Program-made: the position numbers and the translations under genes
Shown here: in pieces, positions 29,208 through 38,187 of the stretch
Numbering within the stretch: the first letter of the stretch is position 1
How the letters are laid out: every line of letters starts with the position of its first letter
Notes under the pieces: generated by a model
The model's database searches: none
What the model was told of the DNA's origin: nothing
Seen by the model: only the letters and a program-made list of their open reading frames with translations
Assembly (NCBI GenBank): GCA_944376795.1
Contig: CALWDW010000006.1
Location: 2,632-66,631 of the forward strand
From: an uncultured Christensenellaceae bacterium
GTDB taxonomy: Bacteria > Bacillota > Clostridia > Christensenellales > UMGS416
DNA: 64,000 nucleotides
Direction: 5' to 3'

Positions 29208-29226
29208 TTTTAGAAGTCTACATTTA
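29208..29226. repeat. right inverted repeat (IR-R) of the candidate invertible segment
   Basis: Sequence is ttttagAAGTCTACATTta. The core at 29214-29224 is the exact reverse complement of the IR-L core. The extended match is 16 of 19. Confidence 0.6.
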
Positions 29227-29264
29227 ATACCATTTCCAACGTCAGCAAACCGGAGGACGCAGCC

Positions 29265-29756
29265 ATGACCGACCAGGAAATGAGAAAACTGAGCCGCCAA
29301 GATCTGCTGGAGCTGCTCCTGGCCCTGCGGCAGGAGCGCGATGCCCTACAGGAGGAATTGGAACAAACCAAAGCCGCCCTGCAGGACCGCATGCTCAAAA
29401 TTAATGAGGCCGGTTCCATCGCCGAAGCCACTTTGCGGCTGAGTGGCGTCTTTGAGGCGGCACAGTTTGCCGCAGAACAGTACCTTGTCAATATCCGCGC
29501 TCTCAGCGAAAGGCAGCGGGACATCTGCGCCCAAGAGGAGGCCAAAGCCCGCGCCATGATCGAGCAGCAGCTGAAAACTGCCGCCCAGACTGCCCAAAAA
29601 ATGGAAGAAACATCCCGGCAGAAGTGCCAGGCAATGGAGGCCGAGGCTAAGCAGCGCGCCGAAGCCTATTGGCAGGACGCCATCGCCCGCCTGCAGGATT
29701 TTTACAAGCAGTACACAGGGCTGAAGGAGCTCTTTAGCACGGGAGAACCCAAATGA
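29265..29756 (+). CDS. hypothetical coiled-coil protein, first gene of the pilus operon
   Basis: 163 aa. A GGAGG RBS precedes it. The sequence is rich in E/Q/A/L/R in a heptad-like pattern and has no signal peptide. Its stop overlaps the next start (ATGA). Confidence 0.7.
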   Translation: MTDQEMRKLSRQDLLELLLALRQERDALQEELEQTKAALQDRMLKINEAGSIAEATLRLSGVFEAAQFAAEQYLVNIRALSERQRDICAQEEAKARAMIEQQLKTAAQTAQKMEETSRQKCQAMEAEAKQRAEAYWQDAIARLQDFYKQYTGLKELFSTGEPK

Positions 29757-30355
29757 GCGTACGGCGCCCGCTCGATACCGGCACAGCCGACCTGATCCCC
29801 ACCGTAGAGCAGCTGGAAGCGGAGCTGCACCGGGAAATCCAGCGAAAGCGCTACGGCATCGTAACCCGCAGTACCCTTTTCACGCTGATCACGGTGGCAG
29901 CCGCCGCAATCCTCGTTGCCACGCTGTTCCTGCCCGTGCTGCGCATCTACGGCCTGTCCATGACGCCTACCGTCAGCGGGGGAGACATCGTAGTATCTCT
30001 CCGGGAGAGCACCTTCTCCCGCGGCGACATCATTGCCTTCTATTACAATAATAAGATCCTGGTGAAGCGTGTCATAGCCTTTCCCGGGGAATGGGTGGAT
30101 ATTGACACGGCGGGCAATGTAACCGTCGACGGCGATCCCTTGGATGAACCCTATGTGACGACGAAGGCCTTGGGGGACTGTGATATTGCCCTCCCCTACC
30201 AGGTGCCGGACGGAAGGCTCTTCGTCTTAGGTGATAATCGAATCATCTCCTCCGACAGCCGGGTCTCCGCAGTGGGCTGCATCGCGGAGGAGCAGATCGT
30301 GGGGAAGCTTGTCTTCCGCGTCTGGCCCCTGGGCCGTCTTGGCCCGTTGGAATGA
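29753..30355 (+). CDS. signal peptidase I (S26A), pilus-locus associated
   Basis: N-terminal TM anchor. Box B is YGLSMTPT (Ser nucleophile), box D is LVKRVIAFPGE (Lys general base), and box E is VLGDNRIISSDSR. Confidence 0.88.
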   Translation: MSVRRPLDTGTADLIPTVEQLEAELHREIQRKRYGIVTRSTLFTLITVAAAAILVATLFLPVLRIYGLSMTPTVSGGDIVVSLRESTFSRGDIIAFYYNNKILVKRVIAFPGEWVDIDTAGNVTVDGDPLDEPYVTTKALGDCDIALPYQVPDGRLFVLGDNRIISSDSRVSAVGCIAEEQIVGKLVFRVWPLGRLGPLE

Positions 30356-30379
30356 CATTAAGGATGGAGGGAAACGGCC

Positions 30380-33300
30380 ATGAAACGCGAACCGCTCCAA
30401 GATCAAGCCATGAAATCCATACGAGACCGCCAGCGCCATCGGTGGTGGAAGAAGATTGTCGCCGGCATGTCGGCAGTGGTGGTGTTTGTCACCTCCTATC
30501 TGCTCATTCTGCCTGCCATCACCATGGGGCGGCAGAATCCCTCCCTGGAGGCGACCAAGACCCTGGCGCTTCCGGGAGAGACGCTCACCGTAACAGCCTC
30601 CATCTTTCCCGAAGGCAGAGCGGATCAAGTTTACTATATCGCAGCCTACGGTGACAATGCCGGATTAACCGGCGTCTCCTTCCGGAATGATACCGCTTCG
30701 GTGGCTCTGGATGGGGGCGGGACCTTGACGCTGCATCGTGAAGTCATCTCCGGCGGGGTAGGCTATTGGTTTACCCTTCCGACCGGTGCAGGCACGTCCC
30801 AGCTTTCCCTGAACTGGATCAACGGAATCGGCGCGCTGCGAGAGATCGCCGTACCGGCCGAGACACCGGTCCCCTCCGAATCCCCGGTCGTCGAGACACC
30901 GGCCCCCTCCGAATCCCCGGTCATCGACACACCGGCGCCTTCCGAATCCCCGATCGTCGACACACCAGCCCCCTCCGAATCCCCGATCGTCGACACACCG
31001 GCGCCTTCCGAATCCCCGATCGTCGACACACCGGCGCCCTCCGAATCCCCGATCGTCGACACACCAGCCCCCTCCGAATCCCCGGTCGTCGTGACGCCGA
31101 CCCCCTCCGAATCCCCGGCCACAGCAACTCCTGCCATCGCAGAGGCCCCTTCCTTGGAGAGGCCTTCCGGCGGCGAGACAGCTTTCCTGGGCATGACCCT
31201 TTCCAATAGCCAAACCGCTGTTTCCCTCTCCGCGCTATCCGCCGCAGAAGCCTCCATTTCCGCCTCTTCTACCCCCGCAGACGACTCCACGCCTGCAGCG
31301 GCTGCCTCTCCTGCGCCCCTTCCCTCGGAGGAGTCTGACGCCCAGGATGCGGCGGTACAGTACATAGACCAGGCAGGGGATCCTGCCGCCCCGGGCAGTC
31401 TGACCCTCTCCGCCGGCAATGCTGGCACATTGGATGCGGCCAGGGTAGCGGCCACAGCCGGCAGCACGCTTACCCTGCGCTGGGATCCCGAAGCGGAAGC
31501 CCTGCCTACCGAAACCCCTGTTCCCGAGGATAACAAGGCCGAGGATCCTTCCATAGAAAAGGCCCTCACCATCCCGGAGGGGGTAAGCAGCTGGGCAGCC
31601 GCGTATAAGCCCCAGGCAACCCCAGAGCCTCTGGAAACCCAGGGACCCGCCGCCAACGGCGGCGCGCGCTCCGTCATGCTGCTCAGTGCCCGCAGCACGG
31701 GAATCGATCTGCGCAATTACCTCACGACGCTAACCGTTGAGCGAAAGGTAGGCGACCAGTGGCAGGAAGCAACCCAGCTCTATCATAACGATTCCATCCG
31801 GGTGACGCTGGCATACGAGCTGCCTAAGGGAGTCGCCACGGCTGCTAACCGCGTGTTTTTCTATCAGATCACCGGCGGCGTTATGCTCAACACAGTGGAA
31901 AGCGGACCCGTTCTGGATGGGGACGAAGAAGTAGGAACCTATACCATCTCTCAAGAGGGTCTTGTCACCATTACTTTTGATAATGTGTATGTGGAAGATG
32001 GCACAGAAGTCCATGGTTCCTTGCGCTTTGAAGGAATGGTCACGGCCACCGGAGAAGGAGAAGACGTTACAATCGACTTTGGCGGCTCAGGAACCACCAT
32101 TCCTGTGTTGCCCGATCCAAACAGTCAAGGCCTTTCCATCGTCAAATATGGAACCTTTTACCCGAAAGTTGGCAACATAGGCTATAGTATTATCATCTCC
32201 ACAGACGAAGGATCGGACGGCCCCATCACGGTCACCGACCAATTCCAGCACACGCCGGAGTACGGCGCCATTGCATATGACGAGAGAAGCTTCGTCATTC
32301 AGCATGGTACCTGGAAGGAAGAAACAGGGTCGTGGAGTATTGATCACAATCCAGTAACGGGTGGGAATATCCGCATCGAGCCGCAGGACGAAACCACCGC
32401 GGCTTCGTTTACCATCACCGGTCTGCCGGCGTTAGGACCAAACGAAGGTTACTTGATTACCTATACGGCTACGCCCACCCTTTCTGAGAGCGGAGACGCA
32501 TCGGGTTACACGGAGTTTAATAACCTTGCCACCGCGGCCGACACCACAAACAGCGTTACAGCCTCGGCCAAAATCAAAGTTTCCAATGCAAAAATCAGCA
32601 AAACCGGAACATATAACCCGCTGACCGGCACCATCGTATGGACGATCCTGATCAACCAGGACCGGCAGGATATCAGCAGAATGGTACTCAACGATGAGAT
32701 GGTCTATCTTGATGCCGAAGGAACCTCTGTGGATTTGCCTTTGCCAGACCAAGTCACCCTTACGCCCTATGACGCAAGCGGAAATCCGAAGGCCCCGCAG
32801 TCCATCTCCCTTCCCTATTCCTTCCCCGAAGGATCCACGGATGCCTATATGGTAACCTATGAGACCGCACTCCCCACACTCCCCGAGGGGACGCCGGTCA
32901 CCGTCATCAATCAGGCTTTCTTGGGCCGGTTTTTTGCGGAGGCCGAAGTCACAGGTGAAATACCTGGCGAGACCGGTTATGCTATCGTCAAATACCGAAC
33001 CAGCGCATCCATGGGTAGCGATGTATCCCAATTTAACTGGGAATCGGTCATCACCTATCCGAGCGATATTCAGACGGCAGACAGTCTAACCTACGTAGAC
33101 TGGATTGCCAATTTGTTCCCCAATATTGACGGATATCCCCCAATTGCAGGTACGCATCATACCACCAAGAGCCGCCTCCAGTCTACCCTCGCGGTTCTCA
33201 CCGCACAATATGTTCCTATTGATCCCAGCGGTTACTCGGTTTATGTAATCACCGAGGAAAATTTAAACAAGATTCTCCCTGTTGGGGTTCGTGATGACGC

Positions 33301-35476
33301 CACTACCATCGGTTGGTATCTATCCGGCGAATATGATAGTCTCGACTTTAATACTCTTGTGGATCCTCAATACTGGACGCCCATTGAGAGTGTAGCTGAC
33401 AACACCCCTCTCTCTATGTTCAAAATCGTATTCAACGATACGGGATTTGCCCAGCTGAAGGCCGCTGGTAACGGCGTGGTCATCCGCTACAGTACCCAGG
33501 TCGACATGGATGCTTGGAGAGCCGTTGAGGACAGCGAGGTTGTGATGGTGAATTTAGGTCGGTTTCCTTATGATTTTGCTAACACCTGGAACACTCTCAC
33601 TCTAGAGGAAAAGCTTAATAAGCAAACCAGTCCTACCGGCGCGGCTTTCACGGGAGACACCTGGGACGCAAATGGCCAGCTCTATACCTATGACACAACC
33701 TCCTACACCGACGGTGACCTCAGCCTCGCCTATCACGAGACGGACGGCCGGCTGCACTATCGCATTCTTCTGAATGGCATTTATTTAGTGGGAAAGGATG
33801 ATATCCAAATTACCGATCAACTTCCCGATGGCGCCACATTGGATCCGAATTCCATCCAGATCATGCAGCACCTTGCCACCAATCCTCAGATAGGCCGTGA
33901 ATGGGATAATAGTACAAAATGGTACCTAACATGGGACATGGATGAGAAAACAAATACTATAACTTTCACCTTCCAGCCCCGTGGATATGTCAGCGAATAC
34001 GATGACATCGGCATTTACTACGATGTCCTCATCGAGGAGACGCAGGGCGATCATACCTATACGAATAGCGCCGTGTGGGACGGCTCCTCGGACAATACCC
34101 ATACCACCGTCCGAGACGAGGAACCGGTACTGGATAAAACTAGCCAGATTTTAGAGGATTTATCCACCAACGGTCGTACCACGGTTCGGTATTATGTAGT
34201 TGTAAACCCCCGCGGGGAGGATCTGGTTCCTAATAACAACGCCATTACGCTGGAGGATGTTCTCACGGTGCCGGACGGCGTCTCGGCGGCCTTTGACCCC
34301 GTATCCGTCCATGTCTACGCCTATGCCGCCGACAAGCCGGATGATCACTACTGCGGAAGGGAACTGTCCGACTTTTTGACCGCTTACGACCAGGATACGT
34401 ATACCATCACCTTTACCCTGCCCGACAGCCGCGCCATGGTCGTGGTCTACGACTATATCATTGATCAAGGAAGCTACGCGACAGATTTTAATATTCTGAA
34501 CACGGCCAACCTGACAGGCTACACCTATGACGGTGCAGACTTCGAACTGCTTATCCAGTATCAGGACTCCAGCGCCACTGCCAACAAGGCAACGCTGACC
34601 GTCTATAAACACGCTGCCAACAGCATCACCAATCTCTTAGACGGAGCGAGCTTCTGTTTGGAACGATATGAGAAGCCAACCGACGGCAGCAGCAGCTACC
34701 AATGGGCCCGAACTTCTGTCACTGCAAATACTGACGGTCTCTTTACGATTGAGGATGGCTCCATCCCCCTAAGCTTTCTGGAGGAAACTTCCCTCTCCAA
34801 TACGCTGTACCGGCTGACGGAGGTCACACCGCCGACAGGATATGTGCTGGATGAAACACCCCACTACTTCGTGTGGCTGGGTTCTGCTACCGACACGGAG
34901 GATTCTGTCTATCAAACCATGGCTGCTGCAGGCGCAATCCCGGATGGCGTGACACAGGATGACATCCTGTTCATTCCCTTCTCCACTTCCGGAACCATGT
35001 ATATCTCCAATGAGCCTATTGAGCTTGTGGTACGCAAAGCCTGGCAGGACATGGATGACATTCCCATCGATCCGCCAGCCAACGTCTCCGGCGTAACAAT
35101 CCGGCTGTGGCAGTATGACAAAAATGATTCAACCTATAAGCAGCAATACGAAGAAGACGTCACACTTTCGGCCGAGAACAATTGGCGTTACGCCTGGACC
35201 CTGCCTAAAGCAGACGAGGGTGGTACGCGCGCGTATTACTACAAGGTGGAGGAATTGGATGTACCCGGCGGCTACATCGTCTCCTATTCCCCCAGCAACG
35301 AAGCGCAGATAACCAGCGGAGAGATCGCCGTATTCAATCACAAGGTCGACTTTGTCCTCCCAGAGACCGGTGGGTACAACGGTCCGCTGTGGTATACCGT
35401 CGGCGGGCTCAGCCTGGTCATTCTCGCAGGGCTTTTCCGCAAAAGACTGCGCCGCCGGGAAACCCGTACTCCCTAA
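30380..35476 (+). CDS. 1698-aa LPXTG-anchored surface protein, putative pilus tip adhesin with isopeptide/CnaB-type domains
   Basis: N-terminal signal/TM region (WWKKIVAGMSAVVVFVTSYLLILPAITMG). Eight copies of a TPAPSESPIVD repeat. An E-box-like YRLTEVTPPTGYVLD. A C-terminal CnaB-like VVRKAWQD...YYYKVEELDVPGGYIVSY. The sorting signal is LPETGG followed by a hydrophobic stretch and RKRLRRRE. Confidence 0.88.
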   Translation: MKREPLQDQAMKSIRDRQRHRWWKKIVAGMSAVVVFVTSYLLILPAITMGRQNPSLEATKTLALPGETLTVTASIFPEGRADQVYYIAAYGDNAGLTGVSFRNDTASVALDGGGTLTLHREVISGGVGYWFTLPTGAGTSQLSLNWINGIGALREIAVPAETPVPSESPVVETPAPSESPVIDTPAPSESPIVDTPAPSESPIVDTPAPSESPIVDTPAPSESPIVDTPAPSESPVVVTPTPSESPATATPAIAEAPSLERPSGGETAFLGMTLSNSQTAVSLSALSAAEASISASSTPADDSTPAAAASPAPLPSEESDAQDAAVQYIDQAGDPAAPGSLTLSAGNAGTLDAARVAATAGSTLTLRWDPEAEALPTETPVPEDNKAEDPSIEKALTIPEGVSSWAAAYKPQATPEPLETQGPAANGGARSVMLLSARSTGIDLRNYLTTLTVERKVGDQWQEATQLYHNDSIRVTLAYELPKGVATAANRVFFYQITGGVMLNTVESGPVLDGDEEVGTYTISQEGLVTITFDNVYVEDGTEVHGSLRFEGMVTATGEGEDVTIDFGGSGTTIPVLPDPNSQGLSIVKYGTFYPKVGNIGYSIIISTDEGSDGPITVTDQFQHTPEYGAIAYDERSFVIQHGTWKEETGSWSIDHNPVTGGNIRIEPQDETTAASFTITGLPALGPNEGYLITYTATPTLSESGDASGYTEFNNLATAADTTNSVTASAKIKVSNAKISKTGTYNPLTGTIVWTILINQDRQDISRMVLNDEMVYLDAEGTSVDLPLPDQVTLTPYDASGNPKAPQSISLPYSFPEGSTDAYMVTYETALPTLPEGTPVTVINQAFLGRFFAEAEVTGEIPGETGYAIVKYRTSASMGSDVSQFNWESVITYPSDIQTADSLTYVDWIANLFPNIDGYPPIAGTHHTTKSRLQSTLAVLTAQYVPIDPSGYSVYVITEENLNKILPVGVRDDATTIGWYLSGEYDSLDFNTLVDPQYWTPIESVADNTPLSMFKIVFNDTGFAQLKAAGNGVVIRYSTQVDMDAWRAVEDSEVVMVNLGRFPYDFANTWNTLTLEEKLNKQTSPTGAAFTGDTWDANGQLYTYDTTSYTDGDLSLAYHETDGRLHYRILLNGIYLVGKDDIQITDQLPDGATLDPNSIQIMQHLATNPQIGREWDNSTKWYLTWDMDEKTNTITFTFQPRGYVSEYDDIGIYYDVLIEETQGDHTYTNSAVWDGSSDNTHTTVRDEEPVLDKTSQILEDLSTNGRTTVRYYVVVNPRGEDLVPNNNAITLEDVLTVPDGVSAAFDPVSVHVYAYAADKPDDHYCGRELSDFLTAYDQDTYTITFTLPDSRAMVVVYDYIIDQGSYATDFNILNTANLTGYTYDGADFELLIQYQDSSATANKATLTVYKHAANSITNLLDGASFCLERYEKPTDGSSSYQWARTSVTANTDGLFTIEDGSIPLSFLEETSLSNTLYRLTEVTPPTGYVLDETPHYFVWLGSATDTEDSVYQTMAAAGAIPDGVTQDDILFIPFSTSGTMYISNEPIELVVRKAWQDMDDIPIDPPANVSGVTIRLWQYDKNDSTYKQQYEEDVTLSAENNWRYAWTLPKADEGGTRAYYYKVEELDVPGGYIVSYSPSNEAQITSGEIAVFNHKVDFVLPETGGYNGPLWYTVGGLSLVILAGLFRKRLRRRETRTP
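30863..31126 (+). repeat. 33-nt coding tandem repeat, 8 copies (TPAPSESP[IV]VD)
   Basis: Direct reading gives near-identical 33-nt units. The central four are almost perfect and the outer copies diverge. Confidence 0.9.
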
Positions 35477-35554
35477 AGATCCAGGACGGCATCCGTCCTG
35501 CCAAACGATAGACGTCCCTGCAATAAAGAACCGCCAAGAAAGGAGCAACAATCC

Positions 35555-37246
35555 ATGAAGAATCTCACAAAGAGATGCCTCATCGTCCTGCTGGCCGTAA
35601 CCCTGCTGGCCGTGTTCTCCATTCCGGCCCTGGCCGCGGGAGACAACACCATCACCATCCAGAAAACAACCGCAGGCTATACGTACAAGGCCTACCAAGT
35701 ATTCGCCGGCGAGGTAGCAGAAGACGGTGGGAATACAATTCTGACCAACATCGACTGGGGCAGTGGCGTGGACGGTTCAGCGCTTCTTACCGCCCTGCAA
35801 GGTGACGGAACCGTGGGCAGCAGCTTTGCCGACTGCACCACCGCAGCAGACGTAGCCAATGCCCTGGACGACTTCTCTAGCGATAACCTGAAAATCGTCG
35901 CGGAGCTGATCGCAGCGAACCTTACTACGGTTGCCGTCACCAGCACCTACAACACCACCAACTACACCATCAGCGGTCTGGATTCCGGCTATTATTTCAT
36001 CCAGAGCACCCTCGTTCCCGAAACAGGGACCCATACCGAGTACATGCTCAAAGTGGTCAAGTCCATTACTGTGACACCGAAAGACAGCGACATCCCCGGT
36101 GTAGAGAAAAAGGTCCTGGAAGATGACAAATATACCGATAACGGTGGGTATGGCGCCGGTTACAATGATGTGGCCGACTACGACATTGGCGATACCGTGC
36201 CCTTCAAGCTCATCGGAACCATACCGAACATGGCTGCTTACGAGACCTACGCCTATACCTTCCATGATACCATGTCTGCCGGCCTCACGCTGGACGAGAG
36301 CAGTATCCAAGTCTACCTGACGACTGCCAAGGAAGCAACTCTTGACACGCCGCTGACCGCAGACGGCAACTATACCGTGACAACCTCCGGCCTAGATGAT
36401 GGCTGCAGCTTTGAGGTCGCCTTTACGGACTTGAAAACCGTACCCGGCATCGGCGCCAACCGGTATGTCATCGTTACCTTCAACGCGACGCTGAATGAAA
36501 ATGCCGACATTGGTCTGGACGGCAACCCCAATACAGTCTACCTGACCTTCTCGAACAATCCGTACGATGACAGCACGGGGAAAACCCCCGACGACAAGGC
36601 GATCGTCTTCACCTACCAGCTGAACACCACCAAGGTCGACGGCGAAGATCAGACACCGCTGCCCAATGCCCAGTTTGTACTCTTCAACGAGGAAAAGACG
36701 GCTGTCGCTCGGATTGATGCTGCAGGAAAAGTCGATGGTTGGATTCCGCTTACCACAATCCAGGCCGGAGCCACCGCAGCAACCATTACGGCCGAGCAGC
36801 TGCAGGGGTACACTCCCGCAGGGGGAGGATCCATCATTCTCACGTCGGCAGAGACAGAGACCATAGGCCTCTTCACCGTAACAGGCCTGGACGATGATGT
36901 CTACTATCTCCGCGAGATCGCAGCGCCTGCCCTCTATAACCCGCTGGAGGACGACGTGAAAGTCGAAATTAATGCGACCACGAACAACGGACAGACATGG
37001 GTAGATTTCAGCGCCGCCTCGGCTTTGACCGCGCTGGAGGTTAAGGTAAATGACGGCGCAGGAGCAGCCGGAACGCTTAATACCGGCGCTGTGGCCATCA
37101 ACGTGGAAAACAATAAGGGCAATACGCTGCCGGAGACCGGCGGCATAGGTACCACGCTGTTCTATGTCATTGGCGGTACGCTGGCCGTAAGCGCCGGCAT
37201 CCTGCTGGTGATTCGCAAGCGCACACGCTTCGAGCATCATTCGTAA
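35555..37246 (+). CDS. LPXTG-anchored major (backbone) pilin, SpaA/SpaH-type
   Basis: Signal peptide ending IPALA-AGD. N-terminal TITIQKTTAGYTYKAYQVFAG. A pilin-motif-like SITVTPKD (Lys176, nt 36080-36082). E-box YYLREIAAPALYNP. The sorting signal is LPETGG plus a hydrophobic tail and RKRTR. Confidence 0.85.
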   Translation: MKNLTKRCLIVLLAVTLLAVFSIPALAAGDNTITIQKTTAGYTYKAYQVFAGEVAEDGGNTILTNIDWGSGVDGSALLTALQGDGTVGSSFADCTTAADVANALDDFSSDNLKIVAELIAANLTTVAVTSTYNTTNYTISGLDSGYYFIQSTLVPETGTHTEYMLKVVKSITVTPKDSDIPGVEKKVLEDDKYTDNGGYGAGYNDVADYDIGDTVPFKLIGTIPNMAAYETYAYTFHDTMSAGLTLDESSIQVYLTTAKEATLDTPLTADGNYTVTTSGLDDGCSFEVAFTDLKTVPGIGANRYVIVTFNATLNENADIGLDGNPNTVYLTFSNNPYDDSTGKTPDDKAIVFTYQLNTTKVDGEDQTPLPNAQFVLFNEEKTAVARIDAAGKVDGWIPLTTIQAGATAATITAEQLQGYTPAGGGSIILTSAETETIGLFTVTGLDDDVYYLREIAAPALYNPLEDDVKVEINATTNNGQTWVDFSAASALTALEVKVNDGAGAAGTLNTGAVAINVENNKGNTLPETGGIGTTLFYVIGGTLAVSAGILLVIRKRTRFEHHS

Positions 37247-37270
37247 CCGCAACGACGCATTCCTCCACAC

Positions 37271-37302
37271 CCCCGGAGGGAAAAAGGCCCTCCCCTCCGG
37301 GG
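37271..37302 (+). terminator. intercistronic GC-rich hairpin after the major pilin gene (possible partial terminator or RNA stabiliser)
   Basis: 10-bp stem ccccggaggg / ccctccgggg. No T-run follows it. Confidence 0.4.
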
Positions 37303-37327
37303 AAATGTGTGACAAGGAGAGTTCTGT

Positions 37328-38176
37328 ATGAAGAGGAAAAAAGCAACCCTCGCCCTGGTATTGGTATTCCTAACAGGGCTGGCTCTGCTGCTGTATCCCC
37401 TGGTCAACGACTTCTGGAACTCCCTGCATCAGTCCCGTGCCATAGCCAACTATACCCAGGCCGTGGCAGAGATTGATAATGACCACTACCGGCAGCTTTG
37501 GTCAGACGCCCAGACGTACAACGTCGCGCTGGTAGAGAATGACCGCCGCTATACCCCCACCTCGGAAGAGACCGCCCTGTATGAGAGTCTGCTGGACATT
37601 ACGGAAACGGGGATTATGGGGTATATTGAAATTCCCTCCATTCAGGTATCACTTCCCATTTACCACGGCGTCGACGAGGCGGTGCTGCAGACGGCCATAG
37701 GACATATTGAGGGAACGTCTCTCCCCGTGGGCGGAGAGAGTACCCACTGTGTAATCTCGGGACATCGTGGGCTCCCCTCCGCCAAACTATTCACCGACTT
37801 GGATCAACTGGAGGAGGGCGATACCTTCCTGCTGCGGGTGCTGGATGAGACGCTGACCTATGAGGTGGATCAGATTCATATCGTTGAGCCCTATGAGATT
37901 GACCGGCTGGAAATAGAGGAAGGTGAGGACTTATGCACACTGGTAACCTGTACGCCCTACGGCGTCAATTCCCACAGGCTCTTGGTAAGAGGGCATCGGG
38001 TCGCCTCCTCGACTCCGGCACTATCCGTCCGCGTTACAGCAGATGCTCTGCAGATGAATACCCTCCTGGTGGCCACGGCCGTCGCGGCGCCGGTGCTGCT
38101 GATTCTTCTGATTTCCGTACTGCTATGGCCCTCGGGCCGGAAAAAGCGCACGCACAGCGTGCTATCGCGCAAGTGA
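37328..38176 (+). CDS. srtC: class C (pilin-polymerising) sortase
   Basis: N-terminal TM region, the lid region and GHRG. The active site is TLVTCTPYGVNSHRLLVRGHRV. It has the C-terminal hydrophobic anchor typical of class C sortases. Confidence 0.88.
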   Translation: MKRKKATLALVLVFLTGLALLLYPLVNDFWNSLHQSRAIANYTQAVAEIDNDHYRQLWSDAQTYNVALVENDRRYTPTSEETALYESLLDITETGIMGYIEIPSIQVSLPIYHGVDEAVLQTAIGHIEGTSLPVGGESTHCVISGHRGLPSAKLFTDLDQLEEGDTFLLRVLDETLTYEVDQIHIVEPYEIDRLEIEEGEDLCTLVTCTPYGVNSHRLLVRGHRVASSTPALSVRVTADALQMNTLLVATAVAAPVLLILLISVLLWPSGRKKRTHSVLSRK

Positions 38177-38187
38177 GGTGACAAGTT

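Larger units (their letters stand above)
29066..29224. promoter_or_regulatory. candidate invertible promoter segment (about 159 bp, AT-rich)
   Basis: The segment is bounded by IR-L and IR-R and directly abuts the serine recombinase gene. It carries two opposed promoter-like elements and lies 40 nt upstream of the first gene of the pilus operon. Its GC content is visibly far below the flanking DNA. Confidence 0.5.

Noticed and set aside
30863-31126. A regularly spaced repeat array that could be mistaken for a CRISPR array.
   Set aside because: The units are 33 nt with no unique spacers. They are in frame inside a 1698-aa ORF and encode TPAPSESPIVD. No cas genes are present in the window.
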